A program made the translations under genes and the position numbers. From IMG/VR virus record IMGVR_UViG_3300044956_000873: DNA of 64,000 nucleotides; one strand, written 5' to 3'. The notes beneath the pieces are model-generated. The model did not search any database and was not told the DNA's origin. It saw only the letters and a list, made by a program, of their open reading frames with translations. Of this stretch, positions 50,886 through 60,422 are shown piece by piece. Origin of the DNA: an uncultured virus (IMG/VR IMGVR_UViG_3300044956_000873) (Duplodnaviria; Heunggongvirae; Uroviricota; Caudoviricetes). The stretch's first letter is position 1; each line of letters begins with the position of its first letter.

Positions 50886-51447
50886 ATATAATAATAGAAA
50901 GCATGACTGATTCCGAATGGGAAAGGTTAAAGCTAAAAGTTGACTCTAATAAAGCACACAAAGCAGCTAAAACATTTAGCGACAAGAGAGAATCAGATAT
51001 AAAGTTTGGTAATTGGATACTAAAAAAGAATCTAGTAAATGGATACGACCCGGATGGATCTTCATGTTGGGTAGTTCCTGACGGAAAGGGAAACACCTAT
51101 ACAACCGTTGAGATTTATAATATTTATATTTATTTAAGAGGAGATTGGGAAGATGTAGAGGATGACGACACAGAAGATATGATATGACAGAAAGAGAACT
51201 ACAACTTTTAGGATTTGAGCAAAAAGTCCAAAATGACCCAGATTGGGGAATTTATCATTATTACACCTATGAAGTAGCTAAGGGATTAGATTTTATATCT
51301 AATGCTAGCGATGAAATTAAGGAAGGTGAAGAATGGTACGTAGAATTTTTTGAATCTGCGCCAGCCATCAGATTTTATGGCTTTGGTGAGGTTCAAGCAT
51401 TAATAAATCTTTTAGAAAAACATAAAGTAAATGAACAACCTGGATAA
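50870..51447 (+). CDS. Two small hypothetical genes (50870..51187, 51184..51447)
   Basis: ORF track. Confidence 0.6.
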
Positions 51448-51599
51448 AGATATAGATCTTCCACTGATATTAATCCATAGCGCAAATCCTATAGGATCTG
51501 CTAATATTATGGGATATATAAATAACTACCCTAAAAACAAGAGACTTCCGCAAAATTGCACAAGACATAAAATACCGCACACGGTTTAATATATAGTTT

Positions 51600-51929
51600 A
51601 TGGAATTTATAAAAAAGTTATTTTCGGCAATTGCTCTTTCTTTGATATTGTCTCTCCCCTTATCGATGCTAGAAGCACTGTCGATATATTCTATTATAAA
51701 TCTTTACGAAATACCATATCTAATAAAATTCCAATACTATCAGATCTTAGGTATAAGCTTTATTATTATGATAACAAGGAACAGAATTAGAATAGAATCA
51801 GAAAACGAAAAAGACGAAGAAAAAGATCTTATCTCGTCTTTAGCATCCCTAAGTGTTAATAGGCTATTTAAAATAGTATTTGTTTGGTCTGTCTCTTTTG
51901 CAGTTCATTATATTTTCTTTAATAGCTAA
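51600..51929 (+). CDS. Membrane protein
   Basis: Three hydrophobic segments. Confidence 0.6.
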   Translation: MEFIKKLFSAIALSLILSLPLSMLEALSIYSIINLYEIPYLIKFQYYQILGISFIIMITRNRIRIESENEKDEEKDLISSLASLSVNRLFKIVFVWSVSFAVHYIFFNS

Positions 51930-51941
51930 TAAAATAGATAA

Positions 51942-52484
51942 ATGATAAGCACACTTTTAACAATAGTTATACCTTGTAAAAACTCAGTAATCGAACTTAA
52001 AAAAACGATTAATGATATAATTAAAAAAACAAAAATAAAAGACACAAGAGTTTTAGTTCTAGATTTTGGTTCGGTAGATGGATCCTATCAATATGCTGCA
52101 CAAGCATCGAACGAAATGATAAGGATTATTAGAATAGAGTCTATAAAAATGGAGGAGGGAGAAACAATAAAAGATGCTTACAATCTAGTACGCACTCCCT
52201 ATGTGCTAGTTATGACTCCAGGATCAACTTTTAAAGATCCGGATGTTTTTTTTACTTCTGTAAACAAAGTTTCTAAGATAAACTATTCAGTCGTATATCT
52301 AAAAAAGTCTGACTTTATAAACGATTTAATTTCTACATTCTTAAAAAATAAAAGAAAGATAAACGCTATATTCTCTAATAAGGAATCTCTGAATATTTTA
52401 GGGTACAACCCAGAAGATCAAAATTCAGATATATCCTTAGAAAATATGTCTAAAGGAATAAAAGTTGGTGGATTTACAAACTAA
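51942..52484 (+). CDS. Divergent GT2 glycosyltransferase-like protein
   Basis: LTIVIPCKN...VLVLDFGSVDGS. Confidence 0.5.
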   Translation: MISTLLTIVIPCKNSVIELKKTINDIIKKTKIKDTRVLVLDFGSVDGSYQYAAQASNEMIRIIRIESIKMEEGETIKDAYNLVRTPYVLVMTPGSTFKDPDVFFTSVNKVSKINYSVVYLKKSDFINDLISTFLKNKRKINAIFSNKESLNILGYNPEDQNSDISLENMSKGIKVGGFTN

Positions 52485-52806
52485 CTATGAGTGATACATT
52501 TTGCTCCTTTTGCTAGATTTACTATCTAACAAATCAAACTCTTCTTTTACGCTATTCCAAAGAATCTCCAGTGGCTTACTAATATTCCCGCCATCTTTCT
52601 GGATCGATGCTATGAATTTAACCCAAAGTTTAAATTCTTTTTCGTCTCTTACGTTAATTCCCTCTTTCCTAGAGGAACCTTTTGATAACATCTTTTTAAA
52701 ATTTTAGTTAAACTTGGTAACTTTTAATACTGCTAAATTAACATTTTATTGTTAATAAAAAAAATATAAACGATGTTTTTTATACTATTTCGTTAAAAAA
52801 ATCGAG

Positions 52807-53118
52807 TTATGGGTGGTTTTGGAAGTGTTCTTTTGCTTCTTTAGCCATCTGAGCATACTCATATAGCTCCATATTGACAAAATATTCTATAGCTTTTTCC
52901 ATTGCTTTAGGAATATCGCTTCTTTTCATAAATATTTTAGAGTAAACCTCATCTTTCCACGAGAACTCCATAAAAGATTTTTCTATAAGATCCTTATTTT
53001 TAGCTAAATAAAGAGCAGTTTCAACGGATCTTTTATAAACTTTACCAGGATTTATTGTTAACCATTCTTCTAAATAATCCGGATCAACTTCATTTATCAT
53101 TTCTATTTCTTCAATCAT
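52807..53118 (-). CDS. Hypothetical protein
   Basis: ORF track. Confidence 0.65.
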   Translation of the reverse strand: MIEEIEMINEVDPDYLEEWLTINPGKVYKRSVETALYLAKNKDLIEKSFMEFSWKDEVYSKIFMKRSDIPKAMEKAIEYFVNMELYEYAQMAKEAKEHFQNHP

Positions 53119-53361
53119 ATAAATTTCATACCATACAAAAGAGATTTTGTTCCGAAACTAAATTTAATACTCACAATAAAAAAGTATAAATAAGACTATG
53201 GAAAATTCAATAATTTTACCTTCATGTATTTCTCACTTAAATGAGATCAAAATAGAAACATTAGAAGAAGCAATGAAGTTTGAGCTTCTGATGGAAGTCT
53301 ACAAGAAAAAAACGTATCTTGAAATATCTAATATATTAGAGCAAGAAGATAAAAAATAATT

Positions 53362-54024
53362 ATGAAGCTAGTATTTATATCCGATACTCATACCCTACAT
53401 GACCGGTTTAATATACCAGATTGTGATTTTATTATACACTGTGGAGATGTTTCAAGTAGAGGATACAGAAGTGAGGTCGAATATTTTTTAGATTGGTATT
53501 GTGCTTTACCACATAAGCACAAGATTATGATACCAGGAAATCATGATTTTTTCTTCGAGGAATACTACGAAGCTTCTAAAAACTACTGTGACTCTAGAAA
53601 CATACATTTACTTATCGACAGCGGAATAGAGCTAGAGGGTATAAATTTTTGGGGATCTCCCATAACGCCTTATTTTAATAATTGGGCTTTTAATAGATTT
53701 AGGGGATCTTCTATAGAGTCACATTGGAATAAAATACCAGAAAATGTAGACGTCCTTCTAACTCATGGACCTCCAGCGTATATGGAAAACTATCTATCAA
53801 TGATTTTAGAGGGTGAGGACGTAGGATGTGAGGATCTTTACAAAGCGGTGAAAAGGGTAAAACCAAAGATCAATGCCTTTGGACACATTCATGAAGGATA
53901 TGGAACCTATAATGACGGCGAAACATTATTTTTAAACTGTAGTCTTTTGAATAGAAGATATAGTTCCACAAATAACCCGATTGAAGTACTATACGAAGAT
54001 GGAAAATTCTCTCTCTATAAATAG
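53362..54024 (+). CDS. Metallophosphoesterase (MPPED-like)
   Basis: ISDTH, HCGD, GNHD, THGPP, FGHIHE. Confidence 0.9.
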   Translation: MKLVFISDTHTLHDRFNIPDCDFIIHCGDVSSRGYRSEVEYFLDWYCALPHKHKIMIPGNHDFFFEEYYEASKNYCDSRNIHLLIDSGIELEGINFWGSPITPYFNNWAFNRFRGSSIESHWNKIPENVDVLLTHGPPAYMENYLSMILEGEDVGCEDLYKAVKRVKPKINAFGHIHEGYGTYNDGETLFLNCSLLNRRYSSTNNPIEVLYEDGKFSLYK

Positions 54025-54400
54025 CATTAAAAAAGGAACTTCTGAGGTATCTGATAGCTTTAGAAAAAAATTAATAGAAATTGGATACAGAAAGTTCGAT
54101 GCTAAATCTATCAAAGGCGAGATCTGTTATGATGCCTACTTTAAAGATTTTGAATCAGGAGGTTCTTCTAATTATACAATATATTGTTATTGCTATGACC
54201 TCAATGATATAGTTCCGAATCCGGAGATGTTTGAATTCTCTTTCGAAGTTCAAATAAATGCAGGATTAGGTATTATAGGATTAGAAGCTATCCAATGGGA
54301 TTTCAAAAATGAAGAGAGCGCAAAATTTAATATAGATTTCTTCGAGAAAAAAGTTGAGGTAGTATGGAAAGCTTTAGGTGGATTAAAATTTCCTTCTTAG
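53981..54400 (+). CDS. Hypothetical protein
   Basis: ORF track. Confidence 0.6.
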   Translation: MKYYTKMENSLSINSIKKGTSEVSDSFRKKLIEIGYRKFDAKSIKGEICYDAYFKDFESGGSSNYTIYCYCYDLNDIVPNPEMFEFSFEVQINAGLGIIGLEAIQWDFKNEESAKFNIDFFEKKVEVVWKALGGLKFPS

Positions 54401-55155
54401 AAATCCATTAATCTCTTTAGATTTTTAAATCTCCTATTCAAAGATTCTTTAAGCTTCGTTATAGATATTTCAAATTCTCTACCAAAAACTTTAGGAGCTT
54501 CTTTATACGATTCTTGTGTTTCGTCATTTGAATCCTGAGTGAACTGCCAATATAATGACATTTCATCTGGTACATTAAATCCATAGAATTCGTATACTTG
54601 TTTTTGAGTTTCTAATACCTGCTCTCCGTTCCAGTTTTGTCCTATTATAACACATCCTGCATCGATCCCAGATACTATATTATCTTCCTGTAATGTAGTG
54701 TGTCTATTTTCTATCCAATTTAATCTCTCTATAAGTTTTTGATAGAAAGCATTAGCTTGTCCCCATCTTACGCTTATAAAGAAAACAACTGCATCTGATT
54801 CGAAAAGTTCTTTGGTCACTTTCCATAATTCATCATCCTCATTGTTTAATGAAGCCCAGCATCTATGATTTCCCGATGGGTCTTTTTCTGTGTCCTTTAG
54901 AAGGGAATCTTTTATTCCGCAATTGTTTCCTTCTACCCCCGATACGTTTCCCTCACAGGGATATATTTTTAGCTTTGGTATCTCTAAAAGATTAACTTCT
55001 GTGGTCTCTTCGAGTCTAGATTTAATATCCATAGCCAATAATGTAGACTTAGGGATTTCTTTGCTCCCCTCCCATCTATTAGAAGTGGTTAAAAAAAGAA
55101 CTTTATTTTTATTAGACAGATATTCTACTAATTCTTGTATTTGATCTGAAACCAT
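54397..55155 (-). CDS. Flavodoxin-like / NAD(P)H-dependent FMN reductase-family protein
   Basis: Flavodoxin-like pattern with Cys cluster (PCEG...C...C), SDAVVFF..VRWG, KLIERL. Confidence 0.6.
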   Translation of the reverse strand: MVSDQIQELVEYLSNKNKVLFLTTSNRWEGSKEIPKSTLLAMDIKSRLEETTEVNLLEIPKLKIYPCEGNVSGVEGNNCGIKDSLLKDTEKDPSGNHRCWASLNNEDDELWKVTKELFESDAVVFFISVRWGQANAFYQKLIERLNWIENRHTTLQEDNIVSGIDAGCVIIGQNWNGEQVLETQKQVYEFYGFNVPDEMSLYWQFTQDSNDETQESYKEAPKVFGREFEISITKLKESLNRRFKNLKRLMDF

Positions 55156-55191
55156 AACTTATATATCTACCGGGTTTGAATATATACTTTA

Positions 55192-55449
55192 ATGAAACAC
55201 ATCAAGATTTACGAAAATTTTGGTTCAGCTACAGAAAAAAAATATTTTACTGATGCAGAAATCCAATATTATCAAAAATTATGGGATTGGCTTCCAGAAA
55301 GATACAGATATAATCAATTTTTCTCAAAGCTCTGGACACAGGTAACCACTAAGAAGTATCTTTCTAATAAACAGTGGATACAACTGGAGTATTTACTAAA
55401 AAATGGTAAATCCCAATATGAGGCGGGAATTCTCCCTAGCAATTATTGA
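55192..55449 (+). CDS. Hypothetical protein with leader MKHIKIYENF
   Basis: ORF; AATATATA upstream. Confidence 0.75.
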   Translation: MKHIKIYENFGSATEKKYFTDAEIQYYQKLWDWLPERYRYNQFFSKLWTQVTTKKYLSNKQWIQLEYLLKNGKSQYEAGILPSNY

Positions 55450-55495
55450 AACAATCATTAATTTTACTTGTATTATCTATACAATAAAAATTTAG

Positions 55496-56493
55496 ATGTC
55501 TAAAAAAAGAAAATGGGGAATATCTAATCCCTTCTCCGAAGGCCATAGAGAATATCTGCCAGCAAATTATTGTCTTTTTGATGTTGACGGGATATTGATA
55601 AATCTTAATGATGATCCTGAATTTTTATATGAGAGTAAATACAAAATGTCTTATGATGAATTAGATTTTATAGAAAGTTTCTATAATTCTAAAAACACAC
55701 AAGCTTTCTTCTTAAGACATGTATCTCAAAAAATAGGAGTATACATTCACGAAGAAAAGACTGATCGATGGTGGTTTTTAAAAGACAGGGATCTAAATAT
55801 TTCATTAAATCCTAGGCTGGATCTAATAAAGACAGAGAACAGGATTTATGTGGAAGATATAATTTCAAATTACTCTCATAATCTTTCCGGAGTATTTGTT
55901 AGAACCGAGGGTGAGAAGCCTTCATATATGGAGAGATATGGAGCCTTTATAGCACAAAAAATGGGTATACCTAATATATTGGTTAACGACGTGTTTGAAA
56001 GTGCTTATATACACTTTAAAAAAGAAAATAACACATATAAATGTGATTCAAAATCCAATTGGGAATTGGTGTGGGAGGATCTAGATATAGTTGGAAATTA
56101 AGAAACTATATTTGGAGATTTCTCTATAAATAAATAAAAAATATGTCTACTAAAAGTCGTGTAAGAAAAAAGAATGGTAAACCGGTAAAGTACAAACAGA
56201 AACCAAAAGGTTTATCAAAAACTAGGATGAAAAAGCTTTTAAAAATGATTGAGGATCAGCAGAAAGCTGCACAAGAAAATTCGGGGGAAGTATCGGAAAC
56301 TAGAGAAGGCGGAGAATTATTAATTTCTCCAGAGTTTATAAAAAAACTAAATGTCAATCCCTCCGATAGTATAGAAGAGGGTCCGGCTTTATACGAAGAG
56401 AAGAAAAAAGAAGAACCTGTTAACGAAGCGGAGACCATTGATAAAAAAGAGGAAGAGAATTTAAATCAAGGTCCTATTTCTTCCAAGATTTAA
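55496..56493 (+). CDS. Two hypothetical genes (55496..56101, 56143..56493)
   Basis: ORF track. Confidence 0.65.
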
Positions 56494-56579
56494 TATAAAT
56501 TAATATAAAAAAAGTCCCTCTTTAAGGCGGGATTCTTTGTGTCCTAATGGTTATATACCATACCAAATAATCAAATCGA

Positions 56580-56900
56580 ATGGAAATTATTAATGATGAA
56601 CAGCTAAATGAATCAATTAAAAGCGGGGAAAAAACTTTAGTTCTTTTTTCTGCAGACTGGTGCGGACCGTGTAAAATAATTAAACCCGCACTCGAGAAAG
56701 TAGAGGAGGAATTATCCAACACGATAAAAATAGTAAAAGCTGATGTCGGTGAGGCAGGAGAGTCTGCAAAAAAATTTAACATAAAAAATATTCCCACTTG
56801 CGTACTTATAGAAGGAGAAACAGAAATCGCTAGATTTGCTGGTGTAAAAAATGGAGACCAGATTAAAAAATTTCTAGAGGAACATCGGGTTTTAAATTGA
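56580..56900 (+). CDS. trxA: Thioredoxin
   Basis: WCGPC active site, IPT cis-Pro motif. Confidence 0.92.
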   Translation: MEIINDEQLNESIKSGEKTLVLFSADWCGPCKIIKPALEKVEEELSNTIKIVKADVGEAGESAKKFNIKNIPTCVLIEGETEIARFAGVKNGDQIKKFLEEHRVLN

Positions 56901-56909
56901 AACTTTGTT

Positions 56910-56955
56910 TATATTTGCGATATATTTTAATAAAAAATAAAACGTTCTTTAACAT
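56910..56955 (+). promoter_or_regulatory. Bacteroidota -7 box TATATTTG followed by boxA-like GTTCTTTAACA
   Basis: TATATTTG at 56910-56917; GTTCTTTAACAT at 56944-56955; related GTTCTTTGAAAT at 63297 before the tRNAs. Confidence 0.6.
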
Positions 56956-56960
56956 ACATA

Positions 56961-57181
56961 TTTTTCTTGAAGCGGTTTAAGGGGTTACTTCAATAATTTA
57001 AAAACAGCGATCGATAAGCAGCTCTTATTGTTTATCTAACTAAAGGTCTTAGTAATCCTACAGAAGAACGCTTCCTAGGGGAAGAAAATTACAGTAGGTT
57101 GGTTTAATTCACTGACTAGAAATACGGGAACGATTACCTCACGTAAGAAGGGACCACTCTTTAAAGATTTCTCAAGAAAAA
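56961..57181 (+). ncRNA. Y-RNA-like element 1 (long form, ~160-nt inserted domain)
   Basis: TTTTTCTTGA-AG pairs with TT-C(bulge)-TCAAGAAAAA; TTTAAGGGGT pairs with ACTCTTTAAA; conserved GAAGCGG and TACTTCA. Confidence 0.75.
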
Positions 57182-57198
57182 AATTATATAAAATAAAC

Positions 57199-57268
57199 TC
57201 CGAAGCGGAATGGAGGGTTACTTCAATATTAGGAAAAAGAAAAAACACCCTTCATTAATATTCTCGGA
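57199..57268 (+). ncRNA. Y-RNA-like element 2
   Basis: TCCGA-AG / TT-C-TCGGA; AATGGAGGGT / ACCCTTCATT; GAAGCGG and TACTTCA. Confidence 0.8.
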
Positions 57269-57277
57269 TTTTAGAAC

Positions 57278-57354
57278 TGTTCCGAAGCGGGATTTTGAGA
57301 TACTTCATATATTGTTAGACTCTAAAAATCCTCGAAATCAATTTTCTCGGAACA
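57278..57354 (+). ncRNA. Y-RNA-like element 3
   Basis: TGTTCCGA-AG / TT-C-TCGGAACA; GATTTTGAG / CTCGAAATC; GAAGCGG and TACTTCA. Confidence 0.8.
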
Positions 57355-57360
57355 ACCACT

Positions 57361-57400
57361 AAGGGGTTTGGACGCTTAAGCGACCGAACCCCTTTTTTTT
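57361..57400 (+). terminator. Intrinsic terminator between the RNA array and the Ro60 gene
   Basis: GGGGTTTGG..CGC-TTAA-GCG..CCGAACCCC + T8. Confidence 0.8.
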
Positions 57401-57427
57401 ATTTTAGTAACTTTTTAAAACAACTAT

Positions 57428-59053
57428 ATGTCAAAGTTGAGTAATTACGCAGATAAAAAAACAGCAACGCAAATTGCGCAGAATTCAGTTTATGGATCTT
57501 TTGCAGTGGAGAACTTTATGGGGGGAACATCCTATGAGATCAATCCACTAGACAGATTAAGAATTGTAGCGGCTTCCTCTATATTTGGAGAACCGCAATA
57601 TTACCGTGACGGACTAAAAGCGCCTAGTAATCTTAGCACCCTTTCTAAATACTCAATATTTTCCCCGATGTATAAATCGGATTTAACCTCTGTTGAAATT
57701 TTTGAAAATGCGATAGACTCTGCCCTTGACTATGACTTTAAAGAAACCCTAGATCTTGCTTTAGAATTAAGAAATAAATTCTTTATGAGACTTAATCCTG
57801 CGTTTATATTCATAAGAGCATCACAGCACAGCAACAGAACAGGGTTTAACGAGAGTAACCCAGGATACATGAAAAATGTGGGTAAGAGTATTTCGCTTAG
57901 ACCTGATGATTTAACAAATCAATTTGAGTACTATATGTACAAGAATGCGGGTAAAAAGGGCCTTTCTTCTTTAGTTAAAAGAACATGGGCAGAAAAACTT
58001 GGTGAATTTAGCAGATATCAATTAAATAAGTACAAAGGGAAAAGACTAATAGACCTTGTACGTATATCTCACGCAAAAGGAGAGGACATTAATGAGTTAA
58101 TGTCCACTGGTACATTAAAATTAAAAGAGACTGAAAAAACCTGGGAAACCCTAAGATCCGAAGGAAAAACATGGAAGGAAATAACGGATACAATTCTTAT
58201 CCCTCATATGGCCTTGTTAAGAAACCTCAGAGGTATATTTACTGAGGTAGAAGATCGTACAATTACAGCGAGAATCTTATCCCAATTAAAATCCGGTGTT
58301 GAAAGTGGAAAACAATTTCCATTTAGATATTGGTCAGCCTTTAAGGCAGTACAAAATTCGGATATACACCACAAGCAGCTTGTTCTTGATACTCTGGAGG
58401 AGTGTTTAGATATTTCAGTAACTAATATGCCTAAATTAAAAGGGAAAACTGCTTGTCTTTCCGACAACTCCGGATCTGCTTGGGGATCTTTCAATAGCGA
58501 ATATGGAGCGGTTACTGTGGCGGAAATAGCTAACCTTTCATCATTAACAACTGCTTTACAATCCGATGAAGGTATTGTAGGAGTATTTGGTGACAATCTT
58601 TCATTAAAAGAAGTTTCTAAAAGAAATGGTATACTCACACAATTAGAGGAAACGTCTGAGAGGGGAAGACAACAAGGGGGCGGAACAGAAAATGGAATTT
58701 GGATTTTCTGGGACGAAGCTATAAAAAATAAAGTCCATTATGATAACGTTTTTATCTACTCGGATATGCAGGCTGGACACGGTGGGCTATATGGACACAG
58801 CAATACAGTAGGAAGTTCACCTTATGGGCATAGTGGTAAAGGTGACGTTCATGTAGACGTACTGGCAATGGTGCAGGAATATAGAAGAACAGTTAATCCT
58901 AAGGTTAATGTTTTCACTGTTCAAGTTGCGGGATACAACAACACAGTTCTACCAGAAAATCTTTATAGAGGTGCTATATTAGCTGGCTGGACGGGAAAAG
59001 AGCCATTATTTGCTAACGCCATAATAGAAGCTTGGGATTCTATAGAATCTTAA
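57428..59053 (+). CDS. rsr: Ro60/TROVE-domain RNA-binding protein with C-terminal vWA domain
   Basis: NFMGG, D..R..H, PHMALLRNLR, QFPFRY..A, DNSGS MIDAS, IYSDMQ; 541 aa. Confidence 0.88.
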   Translation: MSKLSNYADKKTATQIAQNSVYGSFAVENFMGGTSYEINPLDRLRIVAASSIFGEPQYYRDGLKAPSNLSTLSKYSIFSPMYKSDLTSVEIFENAIDSALDYDFKETLDLALELRNKFFMRLNPAFIFIRASQHSNRTGFNESNPGYMKNVGKSISLRPDDLTNQFEYYMYKNAGKKGLSSLVKRTWAEKLGEFSRYQLNKYKGKRLIDLVRISHAKGEDINELMSTGTLKLKETEKTWETLRSEGKTWKEITDTILIPHMALLRNLRGIFTEVEDRTITARILSQLKSGVESGKQFPFRYWSAFKAVQNSDIHHKQLVLDTLEECLDISVTNMPKLKGKTACLSDNSGSAWGSFNSEYGAVTVAEIANLSSLTTALQSDEGIVGVFGDNLSLKEVSKRNGILTQLEETSERGRQQGGGTENGIWIFWDEAIKNKVHYDNVFIYSDMQAGHGGLYGHSNTVGSSPYGHSGKGDVHVDVLAMVQEYRRTVNPKVNVFTVQVAGYNNTVLPENLYRGAILAGWTGKEPLFANAIIEAWDSIES

Positions 59054-59131
59054 TTTTTTACTATTTTTTTTAAAATACCTAGCGATAGGGATTTTTTGTG
59101 GTTTTTTTCTACAAATAAGATAAATACTTAT

Positions 59132-59383
59132 ATGAAAATAATAAAAACATACGAGAACTATAATGTTATAGACATGGGAATGAACGAGCCTGTAAAAAAA
59201 TACGGTGAACCCTATCCATTAACTAATCTTAAGAGAGGCGATAAAGTAACATACTTGGGTACGTCTTTTATAGTAGATAAAGTAGACGAGTACACATTAT
59301 TATTAAAATCTGTAGAAGATGGATCTGCTTTAAGGGTAAATCAGAACATGTTTAATCAGAGAGGATTTATTGGGCCTCGTTAA
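59132..59383 (+). CDS. Small protein with leader MKIIKTYENY
   Basis: Start after GATAAATA. Confidence 0.7.
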   Translation: MKIIKTYENYNVIDMGMNEPVKKYGEPYPLTNLKRGDKVTYLGTSFIVDKVDEYTLLLKSVEDGSALRVNQNMFNQRGFIGPR

Positions 59384-59576
59384 TATTTCAAATTATGGAA
59401 GAAGAAATTAAGATATTAAATATCCTATCAGAAAAAACAAAAAACGATATAAGGATGTTTGTTACTAATAGCTCTATATCAGAAGATCCTGAAAGAAAAA
59501 AGAAATTTTACGATATTATCCAAAGGGTAATAGTTGAATCCTCATTGAGGACAAAAGATAAAATAAACCTTAAATA

Positions 59577-59722
59577 ATGGCAAAAATTAAATCTCTAGAC
59601 TCTTAAAAAAATCACATAAGAAAACCTAGAAAAAAAGACCGGGCATACATTCTAAATGTAAAACAAGTGTTAGTAAGAATGCTAAACACTATAAAAAACC
59701 TTATAGATCTTAAGGTAGATAA
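59577..59722 (+). pseudogene. Degraded small basic protein ending KKPYRS*GR
   Basis: Two TAA stops plus a frameshift. Confidence 0.45.
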
Positions 59723-59745
59723 AAGGATATATAAAATAAAAAAAA

Positions 59746-60129
59746 ATGAGACACCTTAGAATATACGAAAGCTTCGTTAGAGAAGTAGAAATGGATCCGG
59801 TAGTCATGGCAGAACCTAATATGGAGACAATGTCAAGCGATATGGAGAATGGTAGCTTCGAAGCAGAATCTACAGATTTCGTTTCAACTCCAGAAGGACA
59901 AGAAGGTGATTATATAGTAAAATTTATTAATCCGGAGGGAGAGGAAGTAACCGTTACAGTAGGATATGCAATAGATCCAGAGTACATGGGGAAAAAGATG
60001 ATTAGTGCTATAGAAATGATTCCAGATTCAAGCTCTGATGGTAGACAATATTCATTTATAGGATACTATGACGAAATTCCGGGATCCGCAGGAGCTTATG
60101 AACTTAAAAAGGTTTTAATTGAGGGATAA
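59746..60129 (+). CDS. Acidic protein with leader MRHLRIYESF
   Basis: GGATATATA upstream. Confidence 0.8.
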   Translation: MRHLRIYESFVREVEMDPVVMAEPNMETMSSDMENGSFEAESTDFVSTPEGQEGDYIVKFINPEGEEVTVTVGYAIDPEYMGKKMISAIEMIPDSSSDGRQYSFIGYYDEIPGSAGAYELKKVLIEG

Positions 60130-60131
60130 TA

Positions 60132-60416
60132 ATGTCTATAAAAATATATTCAGGCTATGATGAATTTAAATATGAAGAGCCTGAATTGTGTGATTGCATA
60201 GATATAGAAGATGATTCCTATGAGGAAGAGCAAGAAGAATCGAGTGACCTTTTTTTCTATTACACAAAAACATTAGATTTTATAGATTCTTCAACTTTTT
60301 ATGTTGTATCAGATATGCAGGACGAAGAAAATGCAGAAAATATATCAGGATACCTAGGAAAATTCAAAAGAAAGTATCTCCCAGATTTTCATAAAGTATT
60401 GTTCTGTGTAAGCTAA
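60132..60416 (+). CDS. Acidic hypothetical protein
   Basis: ORF track. Confidence 0.6.
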   Translation: MSIKIYSGYDEFKYEEPELCDCIDIEDDSYEEEQEESSDLFFYYTKTLDFIDSSTFYVVSDMQDEENAENISGYLGKFKRKYLPDFHKVLFCVS

Positions 60417-60422
60417 TATAAA

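Noticed and set aside
56961..57354. Calling the Ro60-associated RNAs YrlA or tRNAs
   Set aside because: No TTCRA T-loop, D-arm or cloverleaf is visible in any copy.
45598..59053. A complete Rtc-type RNA repair operon around Ro60
   Set aside because: No RtcB, RtcA, RtcR or RNA ligase is recognisable in the window; the phosphoesterases and Pth2-like gene are several kb away and their link is unproven.
5452..59722. Genome-wide stop-codon reassignment (e.g. TAG/TAA>Gln, TGA>Trp)
   Set aside because: All three stops terminate intact genes, all three occur as interruptions, frameshifts also occur, and long conserved genes (sigmas, helicase, DHS, Ro60) have no internal stops.
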